The notes beneath the pieces are model-generated. The model was given only the letters and a program-made list of their open reading frames with translations, was not told the origin of the DNA and searched no databases. DNA of 64,000 nucleotides from Paraspadella gotoi (Eukaryota > Animalia > Chaetognatha): positions 13,362,790-13,426,789 of the forward strand of contig CM119269.1 of the NCBI GenBank assembly GCA_051294375.1, in the 5' to 3' direction. Made by a program: the position numbers and the translations under genes. Of this stretch, positions 1 through 14,178 are shown piece after piece. Numbering within the stretch: position 1 is the stretch's first letter; every line of letters starts with the position of its first letter.

Positions 1-1
1 G

Positions 2-71
<70 letters not shown>

Positions 72-368
72 CCCTCTCTCTCTCTCTCTCCCAGTCGGGA
101 ATTCATGTTTGAGACTTCCAAACTCTCAATACTTTCTGATGAAATGCTGTGGGGTTACCATAGGTTGACCTGGCGTTTGATGAAACTCGTCATAAGTGCT
201 GTTAGGTTGGGTTGTGGAAATGGTAAGATTCGTTTTGTATTAACTATAGTATAGTTAAGTATATCGATTGAAGTGGGAGATTGCTGATTATTATATTTCA
301 ATAAAGAGAAATTAAAATTGCGAAATATTTGCTCCAACTAGATCAAACGCCGGGTCGTTATCTCTCTC

Positions 369-401
<33 letters not shown>

Positions 402-924
402 CGATATTGCATCGGAGATTTTGTCGAAAGTCGAGTTGGAAAGAAATGAAAAGGAAAATAAAGAGAAAGAAAGAAAGATAGAAAGAAAGAAAGAAAGACA
501 AAAAGAAAGACAGAAACAAGTGAAAGAAAGGAAAGATTAAAATATTGAAAAACAATTGCAATATACGACCTAAACTCTTATAATTTGTAAGATATGGCCG
601 CTGAATACTTATCCAAATTTCTAAAATTTCTCAAAAATTACTCCCTCTACCGTCTGATTAGACTCGACAAACAAATGATGAAAAGAGGAAAAACAAATAA
701 AACGATTTTAAAAAGAAAAAAAGAAAAAAGAAAATAAAATAAAAAAGAACAAATTATCGGAACAAAGAAAAAATCAAGCAAAAGACGAAGATAAACAAAC
801 GAACGTCGCATCATTACGGCCCCTCGCGTTTTGCGAAAAAAATGGCGCCACTTCCGACGAACGTGACTTATGGCGTCGGCGGCGAGGTGGAGTCGGCAGA
901 GTCGGCAGTATGGGCAGCGTCGAC

Positions 925-1545
925 AGCAATTGTGATTGTGATAACTGATGATGACAACTACAGCGACGCAGATTGCAATAACCAAAGAGGATAACGACAA
1001 CGATAAAGATGACGGTAACCATTGATGACAACGAAATCAACTCAGATAATGAGAAACGTAAATACAACTTCAACAGAGATTGTGATAACCACTTATGACA
1101 ACAAAAGCGACAAACATTGTGATAAGCGTCATTGACAATGACAACCACACAGATTGCGATATTTTAGAATGACAACAAAAGGGACACAGATTGTGATAAC
1201 ATTAAATGATAATTACGTCAAAACAGATTGTGTTAACTGCATATGACAACTAAAGCGACAAATATTGAGGTAAGCATCGATAAAAACGATGTCGAAATGG
1301 ATTGTGATAACTGTTGATTACAAAGACATAAATACAGATGGTGATGACCTATGTCAACAAAAGGGACAAATATTGTGATAAGTGTCAATGACAATGACAA
1401 CAACACAGATTGTAATACCTTAGAATGACAAAAAAAGCAACAGAAATTGTGAAAACCGCCAATGACAATGACAATCAAGACAAACTGTGAAAACTGCGAT
1501 GACGACAGATTGTGATTTCAACGATGACAACGACAACAACAACAA
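925..1545. repeat. Degenerate minisatellite
   Basis: Recurrent motif ACAGATTGTGATAAC...ATGACAAC with variable spacing. Confidence 0.7.
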
Positions 1546-2728
1546 CCAAGATCAGGAAGACGTAATAAATCTTTTGTTTTTCTCGAATCTGATTTCCTGT
1601 GGATGAAGGGAATCATGTCAAGGGCAGGCCACCCGACGACGACGACGACGACGACGACGANNNNNNNNNNNNNNNNNNNNNNNNNNNNNNNNNNNNNNNN
1701 NNNNNNNNNNNNNNNNNNNNNNNNNNNNNNNNNNNNNNNNNNNNNNNNNNNNNNNNNNNNNNNNNNNNNNNNNNNNNNNNNNNNNNNNNNNNNNNNNNNN
1801 NNNNNNNNNNNNNNNNNNNNNNNNNNNNNNNNNNNNNNNNNNNNNNNNNNNNNNNNNNNNNNNNNNNNNNNNNNNNNNNNNNNNNNNNNNNNNNNAAGAG
1901 ACGAAGAGAAAAAAGCGAAAAACCGAATCAGGAAATCTGGACTCAAGGGGTTGACGTACTTCTTATCTGTCTGTCTGTCTCTGTCTGTCTGTCTGGCTGT
2001 CTCTCTCTCTCTCTCTCTCTCTCCCTCTCCCACTCTCTTACTAATGGTCCCTCCGTCTCGCACCGACGCGTCACCCGAGTCACGTGATCTTTGCGACGTC
2101 GCTCTCGATTTCCGGTTCCGGTTCCGGATTGAATCATTGAGATTCTTTTATTTCATTATGATCATTTTATTTCATTGAAAAAGAAAAGAAAAGAAAAGAA
2201 AAGAAAAGAAAAGAANNNNNNNNNNNNNNNNNNNNNNNNNNNNNNNNNNNNNNNNNNNNAAAAAAAAGAAAAAGAAAAGTAATAGATCAAAGCAACAAAG
2301 CGAGAGTGAGATTGACGATCGACAAAAAAATGGCGTCGAGTGTCACAATCGCGACGCGGGTGAAGCGTGAATTCACCGTCACGACGACGACGACGAATCA
2401 GCGTCGTCATCGATCACTCCTGAGTGACAGGACGATGACGGTCTTGGCGTCGGCGTCTCACAAAAGGAAACCGTTCACAATTTTCTGCCGCAAAGTAAAT
2501 CGCGAGAGAATCTTTAAGTTCAAGAAATTCACAGAGGATAATTTTCACATAAAACCAATAAAACCACGAAATTCAGGAGAAATTTTTTTCTGAAATTTTT
2601 GATATTCAAGCGTGAATCAGTGAGTGGCGTTAGCGTGTGAGTGGCGTGAACCTTCACGTCTCGATCGATTTTGATTCCATCGAATTTACGATCATGAGGC
2701 AAAACGTCTCTTTGGAATGCCAGATGAA

Positions 2729-2778
<50 letters not shown>

Positions 2779-2877
2779 CTCTTTCGGAGCTGTTTTGCCA
2801 TTCCGAATCCAAAGCACCCCAACTAATCCTACCTTATAATTCGGTTGCGTTGCTAAAGCTTTTTGCATAGCAACACG

Positions 2878-2919
<42 letters not shown>

Positions 2920-2941
2920 TCTCTCTCTACTCTCTCTTCTA

Positions 2942-2982
<41 letters not shown>

Positions 2983-3770
2983 CGCGGCAAATGCAATCTT
3001 CCCTAAGCTCGGCGTTGACTAAAACCCAACGGTCTCACCACCGAATCCCCTCCTCTCCTCCTCCTCCTCCTCCTCCTCCTCCTCCTCCATCGCCGTTGGA
3101 CTGAGTCCAGAATTCGGAATTACATGGATCTTCACGTGTTTAACAGCAGCGTTGTCGGAGAGAAAGAGAATCCGAGTCACTAGATGGAGACTTTTTCTTT
3201 TCTCGTGATTGCTTTAGAGCGATTTACTATAGGATTAGATATATGCGTTTCTCTATTTTAATTATTTTTTTTATAAACATGATTTTTTTTATTTGAGATC
3301 TTTTATGATTTTGTATCAATATTAATTTTTTTCTTCTATCGTTTTATTTCGTACCATAAAATAAAGAGAAAACATTTAAAAAAATAATAATCAAAATCCT
3401 AAATTCATATTTTAAAATATCTTCGCAGGAGTATCAAGCCACCTGTTTTTCCTTAAATGATATCAAATAATATTAAAGTTATTAAAGCTTCATTTTTTTA
3501 ATAATGGCAGCGAATTAAAAATTTTTTGGCGTAGCCAATATTTTTTTGTGTATTCTTTTTTTCTGTTTAGCAACTTATTTTACACATTTTGTAAACATTT
3601 TCTTTTTTTATCTAAGATAAACTTTTTCACTTTTTCACATTATCTATATATTTTAATTCTATATTGAACTCTCCTTTTAGGAAATTTGTCAAATTCCTAT
3701 TTTTTGTCTCCTGAAATAGTCTCATTTACTTGGAGAAATTTCGAAAAATTAATGGTTCGGAGAATCGTCT

Positions 3771-3805
<35 letters not shown>

Positions 3806-4219
3806 NNNNNNNNNNNNNNNNNNNNNNNNNNNNNNNNNNNNNNNNNNNNNNNNNNNNNNNNNNNNNNNNNNNNNNNNNNNNNNNNNNNNNNNNNNNNNNN
3901 NNNNNNNNNNNNNNNNNNNNNNNNNNNNNNNNNNNNNNNNNNNNNNNNNNNTCCCTCTCTCTCCTCGCTATGGCCACGGCCGTCAAAATATATTGCCTAT
4001 GGAAATGATAGGAGCATCAAAAGACGTGTGTTATTGTTATGTCGCAGGGCATCGAAGCAAATGGCCCTTGGGGACGAGGAGGAGGAAGAGGAGGTGAAGG
4101 AGGAAGAGGAAGAGAAGGATGAGGAGGAGGAGGAGAAGGAAAAGGGTTCATAAGGAGGACAAAAGCGGAGCGAGAATTCTCCGAAGGAGAGAGAATTCCA
4201 CCAATCTCCCTCTCTCTCT

Positions 4220-4256
<37 letters not shown>

Positions 4257-4694
4257 AGAAATCAGGTTTTCGAATACCGCATTTTTGATGTTCTGCAGAA
4301 AAAATTTCTCTCATACGTTTTAATCGACAGATTCCCCCAAGAAACAGGTTCACTTCCTCGAAGGTAAGTAAATGAAAAAAGGTAAGCGAAAGAGCGGGGG
4401 AAAGATTAGTGGGTCGTCGCCGGTTGACGGGTAAGTCATCCAGAGACGGTTGACTTGCCCGTCTTCGTTGTTCCCAGGTAAGGACGAGATTTAAAAACCG
4501 GAGCGAAGCGTCGAGAAATTTTCGAGACTGAGATTAATTGTTTTCTTCGTGACCAAAGATTGAGAAATAATGTTTGAGACTTATGCATGATTTGGAAAAT
4601 TCATCGTTAATTAGTCAGTCTTAATTTGTGGTTCTAATCGTTAACTTTAGTCAACAATGATTATATGTAATAAAAGTCGGCAATAAAGTCCCTT

Positions 4695-4736
<42 letters not shown>

Positions 4737-4797
4737 CACACCACCTCCACATCATCTTTCCACCCTGACCCACCCCGACCCACCCATAGAAACTCAC

Positions 4798-6798
4798 TTG
4801 AATGGCGGAGGTGACGTTCCACGCTGCTTGCCATTCGGTGATTTGGTTCTTATCCTTCGGTTTTTCTTCTCCCGCTAAAGAGTCGAAAGTTCCCGAAGGT
4901 TTCATCACCGCCGGCTGATCGCCACCCATTCCCGCCTTCTCCCCAGCTGGGTTTGGGGGATGGTGAAAGAAAGGGGGAGGGAGGGGAGAGGGAAGGTGAG
5001 GTCGGAAGGGTGAGGATTCCATTGCGGAGAAAAATTGAAATGTAGAGGCAATGACAAGTACTAATAAGAAAAATTGAAAAAAAGTCAGAAAAATTGTATA
5101 TATAGACAATTGAAATTGTCGAAAAAATTGCATGGAAATAGAAAAATATTGAGAAAATTGTAGGGGAAAATGTTACCGCAAATTGGAAATGTAACGGAAA
5201 TGGTAGGAAAATTGTCAGGAAAATGGATAAAGTTAAGGATTAAAGGTACATGGTGACCATTTGAAACCCACCGCTAGAAAAAATTCACCGAACGAAAACG
5301 TGAAGAGATTTTAACATTTTGGTAGAGGGTAGAAGAAGGTAAAAGAAAGCTTAGAAAATGATCTCCCTGCTCGATAGCCTAATGTTTTTGAATGAAAATT
5401 TTTCGTCTTACTTTCTGGACAATTTATAAAAGAGAGAAGAATGGGGAATGGCAAATGGCAAAGGCGAAAACGGAACCAGGGTAAAGGAAAAAGAAAAAGC
5501 AAAAAGAAAAAAGGTAAATAAAATGAGAGTCAAAAAAATTGAAAAGAAAAGTTATCCTGGGATTGATCCGGCTGAGATAATTAAGGAGCTAATTAAAACG
5601 AGTTGGTGAGAGTCAAGAATGATCAAAAATGAATTGTGGTTTAGAAAAAGAGGTTGGACCACTTAACCCATATATGAGTAAAATAAAACACAAAGAAAAG
5701 CGACGAAGACGATAACAACAACAACTGGTGATATGATTAAAAAAAAGGAAAGAGTCAACTCCAAGAGACGAAGAGACAGTTGTTAAGAATCTTCGGGTTC
5801 AGTCGCCCAAACGGATAATGCGACACGCCGACAGGATCAGGTTTAACCTTTATCTTCGCACTGGCTTAACGATCTTCGCGGCCTCGAACCCGGGTCCGTC
5901 CGTTGAAGGGGGGGGGGGAAGGTGTCTCTTAGTCTATGAAAATTTACTTGTTTTATTATATTAGACTAAATTAGACAACAATTTTAAAATGATGTATGTA
6001 AGAGGAGCCTTAAAAAATGTCATGAAAAATTCGACAACTTTTGTTACGAATGTCATCCCAGTAATTTTTAAAACCGACCATAGTAAAAAAAAAAAAATCA
6101 ATGCTAATTATATTTAATTAATCAATTTTTTTTGGCTGCCACTCACTAGTGTAGGCGGATGTGTTGGCGGTGAAAGGGTTTGTCCCTCCACCGTCGCCAG
6201 CGTCCCCCTCGCCCATGGGGTAGTAGCCCGTCGTTCCGCCATATCCGTTCGTGTTTGGCTAAAAGGACATAAACACATTTGGGGCTCATTTTATTGGACG
6301 CGAGTATTATATATATATATATATATATAATATAATAATATTATTATTCGCATTAGTTTATGAAGTAAAAATATACTTTGTGATGTAATCCTTTCGTTTC
6401 GTTGTGTAATGATAAACAAACTTTTTTAACGCTGATGAAGGCTTGTACCGAAGCCGAAACATTATTATTATTAATAAAATTAATCGTTTTTGAAACTCAT
6501 TTTGGTATAATTTTTGTAAAAAACCCATCTCGTCTATACCCATATATGAACTTTCTTTAGATTAAAGTTTAAGCCCCTTCCCATGATGCGCTACTGTAAC
6601 CCAATCCCACTCTTTGACTTTACAGCGCCAAACAACTGGCAAAGCATCGCCTTGCATCTCCTCGCATCGCCTCGGGTGGCACCTGCACGAATCAGACGAT
6701 GAAGACGACGACGACGACGACCCCATGACTTGCATCTGCAAGTGAGCAGTCAAACTCCCCGGTTCACATTTCCGCCGCGGCTCATGGAATGCCCGGAA

Positions 6799-6886
<88 letters not shown>

Positions 6887-8726
6887 CTCTCTCTCTCTCT
6901 CTCTCTCCTCCCCCTCTCTCTTCATCGGCATAATTCTTTAATGCGATTCGGTCGAAACTTGGGAGGTTTCTCGTCGCTCACGTCGAACGGTTCGACCGGA
7001 GAATGCGATTGGTCGCAACTCGTCGGACCGAGCGATCCGATTGGTCGAGAAGGCGAAGTGAAAAAAGAGCGGAGGAAAAAGCGACGACGACAACGACGGG
7101 ATCTTTAGGGGAGGAGGGATAAAGTTTAAATCTAATTCGTAAAAAGATAATTTTGTTGAAGGCCGTTGAATTTGAAAGTATCGACCGTGAAAAGGATGCA
7201 CATTAGAGCGTATAATACATTTTTTTTTTATTATTAAATGCCACATATTGTTTTTCGAAGTACAATTATTGATTCGTTCGTCAATACCGACGTAAAAGAG
7301 TTTGTAACGATGACCGTGAAAATAAAATTGACCTCGTAATGTTTTTTGTTTTTTTGTTTTTTTGTTTTTATTTTTATTTTTCATTGAATTTTTTTATTTC
7401 CAAACTTTTTTTTTTAGTCGGTCGGTCTAAAAAGTATTTTCAGTTGGATTTAATTTGTAAACATTAGTTCTGAAGACGAAAAAAACTTTTTCAGGGACTC
7501 AAATAATCGAAGACAACGTTTAATATTTTGAAAATTAAAAATGAGAATAAAATCAATTAAATCAACTGAATCCATTCATCTCTCAATCAAACAATCAAAA
7601 TTACTCTGTTGCTTGTCCAATGAACAATATTCAATCTCCATGCTTCAGTCCAAAAGTACAGGCAAACCCACGAGACCGTCAACCTTCCCCAAGATAATCA
7701 ACTTCGACAGTCGAACTTGTTGATCGCATTAGGCAAAAAACCCTGTAGCTTTTCTCCCTTCGTCTCCATGGAAACGAAAATAGGAGACGACGTGAAAAGT
7801 CGCGGTTTCACGTTAATCACGCGAGGCAAAAACTCATTTTCCTTTTTGTCTTTGTGAAGTTAAAAGTTCGTCGATCACAGGTTGTGATTTTCCGACACGA
7901 CGGATAAAGTTAGTTTTAAACGAGGATTGTTGTTTCAAGAAACAGCCTGTGAAATACGATGGAGTGAGGCATACAAGGTTCAGATAGTTGCAGTTACTCT
8001 CTCGTCACTTTCTTGAGTGAATCGCGCAGGAATTCTTTGGATAGTGCATCTATCTTGCTTGAGGAAGATAAAAAGATTAGTTATGGGGTAATATGTACTA
8101 TAACAAAAGGGCGCTTAGATAATTGTGCTGAAAGCTGAAGTGGGCCGAGGAGGACTACTGTCTTGACTTTTGCCGCCATTAACAGACTGCAGAGTGCAGA
8201 CTGCGTCTTGGTCTTTGAACTACTTAGCCTCAAAAAAACAGACGATTCTTTTACAAGAAAACCCTGTGGTCAAAGATTATTCGGTTACAGTGCTTTGCGA
8301 AAATGCTTTCATTTTTTAATTCGACAGAGCATCATCGTTTCTCGATGTTAATTAATCCACTGTTAATTTTAGTACAGTTTGAACTGACCAAAATGCGTGG
8401 TTCGAATTAAAGGAAATCCATTGTTAGTCGAATGCGAAAAAAAGAATTTTAGTTGAAAGACAAAACCCGTTTCAAAGATGCAATCAGTCGTTGTGTTTCG
8501 ATTCTTTGTCCAGGAAGAAAATAAAACGTAGAAAATCTTAAATTTGAAATTTATTTCGGTCGACGGATAAAAAAAAAATAGCGACGCACTTTTTCATTTG
8601 CCCCCCCCACCCTCCGCCACTACGATCTCCCCCATAACTACCCACCCGTTTTCTCTCCCACACTTACCCCCCAAGAATATCCATACTCACCGCCTGTATT
8701 GGGTGGAGGGGGATGTTGGTGTCCAT
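4798..8726 (-). CDS. SLC32A1: Vesicular inhibitory amino acid transporter (VGAT/unc-47), 5' exons only; remaining exons lie left of the window or in gaps
   Basis: Exon 4946-4798 encodes ...KNQITEWQAAWNVTSAIQ followed by a GTGAGT donor, matching the VGAT 'IT.W.A.WNVTNAIQ' motif before TM1. Phase-compatible upstream exon 6258-6147 (PNTNGYGG...TNPFTANTSAYT). The putative first exon 8726-8691 (MDTNIPLHPIQA) is less certain. Confidence 0.8.
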
Positions 8727-8999
8727 CTGTCAACCTTCGGCCTACGGCCGCCGAGGAACCCGGATGTTCCCGATTCTCGGCGCCGAAAAGCCGGAAGTGG
8801 GCCGAAGAGAGATTCGGAAGCCACGCCTGGCTGGGGGGAGTCGACGACGCCAGTCGCCAGGCGAAATCCGGTGTTCGACAGGCGCTCGTCGAGTTTTTTG
8901 AAGAGAGATGGAGAGAGAGAGAGATGGAGAGGACGAGGGAAGGGCGTCTGTGGAAACGCGGAGGAGAAGGAAGAGGAGGAGGAGGAGGAGGAGGAGGAG

Positions 9000-9289
9000 A
9001 ACGCAATGACGTCACGCGGTAGGCGTCTCGCGCCCTTCAACAAAACCGGCGTTTTTTTTTTGACGCCGTCGACTTTTAGTGCGGTCTGAAGTTACGGCGT
9101 CCAACTGACACGGCGCCCGGCGTCTACTTCCGGTTTTGACGCTCGGAGAAAAATGGCGCCAAGTTTTTGTGGTGAATGTGAGCGTCGTAAAGAGTCTGAA
9201 GGAGAGACAGTGAGAGTAAGTGTGAGAGAGAGAAAGTCTTGGGAGGTTGTCGCTTCGAGTCGCGCGAAGATTTTTTTTTTTAGCTCATT

Positions 9290-9328
<39 letters not shown>

Positions 9329-9340
9329 CACGTCACTGGC
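9000..9340. promoter_or_regulatory. Putative CpG-rich promoter region between divergent VGAT and liprin-beta
   Basis: CRE palindrome TGACGTCA at ~9007, YY1-like AAAATGGCGCC at ~9150, CpG-rich island just upstream of the putative VGAT first exon. Motif-only evidence. Confidence 0.3.
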
Positions 9341-10126
9341 TGCGCGAGGGAGGGAGGCTGCTGCTGCGGAGTCGTCGTCGTTGTCGTCGTCGTTGTCGTC
9401 GTCGGTGTCGTGATTTTTCAAGGACGCGCTGGGACCGAAACGCGAAACTCGCGCATTCCTTCGCACGTCCAGAGAATTCGTAATCGAATTCGATCGGAGA
9501 GAGAGAGGGAGAGGGAGAGGGGAGAGAGAGAGAGAGGGAGAGTGAGAGGAAGAGTGAGAGGAGGAGAGGGAGAGGAAGAAGAGAGGGAGAGAGAGAGGAA
9601 GAGGGTGGAGGAGAGAGGGGAGAGAGAGGGAGAGTGAGAAGGAGGAAGAGGAGAGGAAGAGAGGAAGAAGGAAGAGAGAGAGGGGGAGGATTGCGGGAGA
9701 TAAATCGGGAGAGAGGGAGAGAGGGATAGGTTATGAGAAGAGAAATAAAAGGAATAAATAAAAAAGAAATATATTTTTAAAATAAAAAGAAAGTAAAGAA
9801 AAAGAAAGTAAAAAAAAAAGAAAGAAGAGAAAGTGGTGGAATTTTTTGTAAACAAAAACAAAGTTGAGTTGAGAATTCTGATTTCTTTGTTGTTTTATAA
9901 TTTTATTTTTTCAAACGAAATCACTTTTTTCGCTCAAATTATTAATGGTTAAGTTTTAAAGAACTGTGACAAAAGTCGAGTGACTTACTTCTACGCAGTA
10001 GCTGAGGATAACAAATGTAAAAATTACATTTGGCAATCAGTAACCTCATCAATTCCAAATTGTTACAATTATCAAAGTTCCCCTCAACACAAAACCTCGG
10101 AAATCGAGTCATTCGTTCGCCCCTGA

Positions 10127-10186
10127 CTAATGGCAAAGCGCCGAATGGCGAAGCTCCTAATGGCAACGCGCCTAATGGCAAACGCG
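10127..10186. repeat. 15-bp tandem repeat x4, possibly transposon subterminal repeats
   Basis: AATGGCAAAGCGCCG/AATGGCGAAGCTCCT/AATGGCAACGCGCCT/AATGGCAAACGCGG. Confidence 0.7.
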
Positions 10187-11977
10187 GTCGTAAAAATCGT
10201 CACTTTTGACGGGAACGGCGAAATGCCGTCCCGCACCTGCGAAGCGAGCAACCCCGTCCTTTCCCGCCCCGCCCATTTTAGAGGTTCCACTTTTGAAATC
10301 ACGAGTCGAACGAAAAACCTCGTCTTTTGATTGGTCGAAACTCTACGACTCTCGGAAGAAGCCGATTGGACGAAGAGAGACGAGAAGCAAGAGGGCGACG
10401 TGAAGAAAGAAATTCTCAAATGATTCTCATTAGGTTGAATGACCGCGCCTTGAGGTGATGATCCCGCGGAACAATGATTAACGAAAAAAAGCTGTTTTCT
10501 CAATTTTTTCAATGGGTGAATCAAATGTTTTATTAAAGTCATTGTCTCAATACGTGCAAGCAAAGTCTAATATTTTCTTTCTTTTCTTATCTCTCCCTTT
10601 AAAATTAATGAGGACCGGCTCCCGAATTCCACCGGGTTTTTATTTCTTCCTTTCTTAATTACGAGTTCGTCTGAGCCCTACTCGAATCTTAAGAATGAGA
10701 GATCAAAATGACAGGTAATATTTTAAAGAGTCTTTTTTTCGCCGGTAATTTTATAGACGGTAACGACCTAAAATTGCATCAAATCAGTTTTCTAGGGTTC
10801 ATCAAATTTGAATTTACCGAAACTTCTTCAATAGATCTCCGCTCCAATTTAAAGGTGTAATCAAGCGTAATATTAAGCTAAATAAGTTTTTAGCTTTAAA
10901 ATATGTAGGAAATTGGTAGAACGAATATGTTTGAGTTTGTTACAAGTATTATATGTATAAAATTTTCAGCGGGATATTAGGAATATTTAACTTTATGTAA
11001 GTGCTACCAGGTGAAGATAAATTTTAAAAACACTTATTTTACGGAGCATTCTATTAAACCAAATTTAAATAATGATAGCATCAAAATTGAAAGCTTAACC
11101 CACCATAACCTGTATAAAGTCAGGGGCTAGATACATTATTTATTAATTAAATGGTTAATTTTATCTTGGCTGTTCAATTTTATGGTATGGAAATAAATAA
11201 GAAATTGTTTTGGATGATCTGCTGCACAATTTCGCGCTTCATCAAGAATTCGGGCGAGGGAATCGGATGGTGAAACGAGAATCTATGACTTTGACGCTCG
11301 TGACCGGAATTGACTCCGTGAAAAAAAAAAAGAGAGACGAGACGTCGAGACGGGGACCACGTGATCTGCTCAGCGTGCGAGAGTGAATTTGCGTGTGAAA
11401 TGCGTTATCAGCGTGGGATTGAGCAATGAGCATATGATTATGAGTCAGATTTGGGATATCCTAAAATATAAACAATACAATTTTATATTGTTTTTTGAAA
11501 GGAGAGAGAAAGAGAGAGAAGGAGTTATTTAAACTATTATAATTTTTATTTAAATGTATTGAATCACAACGGTTTGGTCAAATTCTTTCTCGCTTTTTCG
11601 CTTCTCCATAAGTCGAGTCTTTTAAGACAATAAACTGAATCAGTGAATCAGGATTAATCCTGTCTGGCGGTCAAACCAAACGGCGACGACGACGACGACG
11701 ACGACCGAAAAGGCAAAACAATAGAAGCGAATTTTGTTTTGTTCACTGTCTTCGGGTAAGGCTTCAAGAACGACAAACGACGACGATCACGACGACAATG
11801 ACGACGATTTTAACTGGCTTCACAAATTTTCTTTCTCAAAACGAAAAGATTTTTTTTTCTGTTCTGCTTTTTTCTTGATCGAAATTATTTTTTTCGACGC
11901 TGCATGTAAAATTTATTTTAAAAAGTCCAAAAAACAAATATTTATAAAAATTCATACGATCTTCAATCCCGATTACC

Positions 11978-14105
11978 ATGACGACGACGATGAATGCCAC
12001 GCCCCCTACCGACGCAACGGACTCTTTAACTTCCGCTTTGGAGCGAATGAACTCTTTCCGGTCAACATCCTCCCCCTCCTCTTCCTCCTCCTCCTCCTTT
12101 TCCAAGAAATCCAAACTCGATCATCTCATAGAAAATATGCAGATCAAACAGCCGCAGCTTCTTTTGCAGCAAACTCGCTCGCCGCAAAGTCCCCAATCGC
12201 TTTTGCAGCAACCACTCAAGCCCCACAGTCCGCAGTTGCTTCCTCAGCAACAACGTTTGCCGCAAAGTCCGCCGGCTTCTCCGTCCAAATTACCCCAGCT
12301 TCCGCAGACTCGTTGCAGGAATTCGCCGTCGAAACGAGACGCCGCCGCCGCAGCCAAAGCAGCAGCAACACCAGCTACCGATCAGGATCTGGATGGCCTT
12401 GTTCTCGACGCCTTCGATCGTCTCCAGTCGATCCTCGCCCAACACCCCGATCCCACCGCCGTCCGACGCCACCTCCCAGCCGTACAAGCTGCAGCCGTCG
12501 CCGCGTGGATCTGTGGCCCGCGCTGCGGCGTCGAGCGACTGCAGACGGCGTCGAATTCTAACGGCGGCGTGGAACTTGCACGTGGCCCTTTGGAGGACGT
12601 CACCAAGTCTTTCGTCAACGGCTCCAATGGGAAGCACGGCAGCGGCGTCGGCGTCGTCGGCGGAAGCGGAAAAAGCGACATTAACGACTTAGTGATTGAA
12701 CTGGAGTCAAAGATGGAGAAGATTAAGGAGTTGGAAAAGATTAAGGAGCTGGAGAAGATTAAGGAGCTGGAGAAGATTAAGGAGCTGGAGAAGATTAAAG
12801 AGCTGGAGAAGATTAAAGAGCTGGAGAAGATTAAAGAGCTGGAGAAGATTAAGGAGCTGGAGAGGATTAAGGAGCTGGAGAAGAACAAAGATGTGGAGAA
12901 GATAAAGGAGATGGAAAAGGTAAAAGATCTGGCGAAGATGAAGGTTTCAAGAAATGGGTCACCCCAGCAGCCGGCAATCTCATTCACTCCAACTCCTCTG
13001 CCCCAATATAAAGACCTAACTAAGACTTCGAGAGATCTTCCGGCGCAGCCCACTTACCCGGCGCCGGAATTCAGCAAGTCCGGCGAAGAATCCGCGACTC
13101 TCGCCGCCGCAACTCGATCCGCGAATTCGATCGGCATGGATTCAGAGTCCCCGGTCGGCGACGATTCCGATCCCGACTCGGATCTCTGCCGATCCGAGAC
13201 TCTCGACTTTTCCCGCGAAAGCCTCTCCGCTCTCTCCGCTTCTTCCGTCAAACCGGAGAGTCGAGGCTGCGTCGACGAGGAGTTGGAAGGCGACACCGTC
13301 GTCGAGGATTCTCAATTGACGCCGTCGACGAAGACGTCGATCTTCGATCGCGGCGCCAAGTTTCGCGCCACCGCTGGACCAAGACTGCAACGGGGAACTA
13401 CGACGTCGAAGACCCCTTCCGACGCCTCCTCATGCTCCCCAACGACGACCGATTCCAAGCCCTTCGCATCCTACTCTAACGCAGAAGTCGCCGAGTGGCT
13501 CGTCGAAGTGGGTTTGCGGCAGTACGGCGCAGCCTGCGTCGCGTGGGGAAATCGGGAGAAGCGTTGTTGAAGGTGAGGGAAACATGGATGGATGGAACAT
13601 TTACGCCGTAAGGAAGGGGTGGGGGCCGGTGGGGGGGGAGAGGCTGGCCGATAGCTATTGATTTGTGACCTGATTTGTTCGAGGAAGCGTGGGAGATTAA
13701 ATCCTGAAAGTCATTTTCTAGAACGAGCGAGAAATTCTTTTAAAGCTTCGGGTTGTGCTCTTCTATTAATATTGCGAAGTCAACAACCTCTTTTCCATTT
13801 TTTTTTGCCAGGCATCCCCCAAGCAGCTGGAGAAGCAGCTGGATATAAAGCAGCCGCTGCATAAGAAAAAACTGCTGCTGTGTCTGAGTTCGCATAAAGT
13901 TGGATCGGGGATCGAAGACGTCGTCAAAGATCGACGTCGATCGCTCGACTCGATTTGGGTCACGCGGTGGCTCGAAGACCTCGGCCTACCGCAGTATAAG
14001 GTCAGTTAAATGGGTGGGTCTCTTTGTCGATCTCTTCACTCTTTCTTTCTCGCTCTCTCGTTACGCGACCTCTCTCTCTCTTAATTAAAGACACATTCTC
14101 TCGCT

Positions 14106-14178
<73 letters not shown>

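Noticed and set aside
1518-4153. ORFs spanning N runs
   Set aside because: Artefacts of assembly gaps and simple repeats.
8598-9861. Multiple overlapping ORFs
   Set aside because: Produced by GC-rich promoter/5' UTR sequence and GA microsatellites; no recognisable protein.
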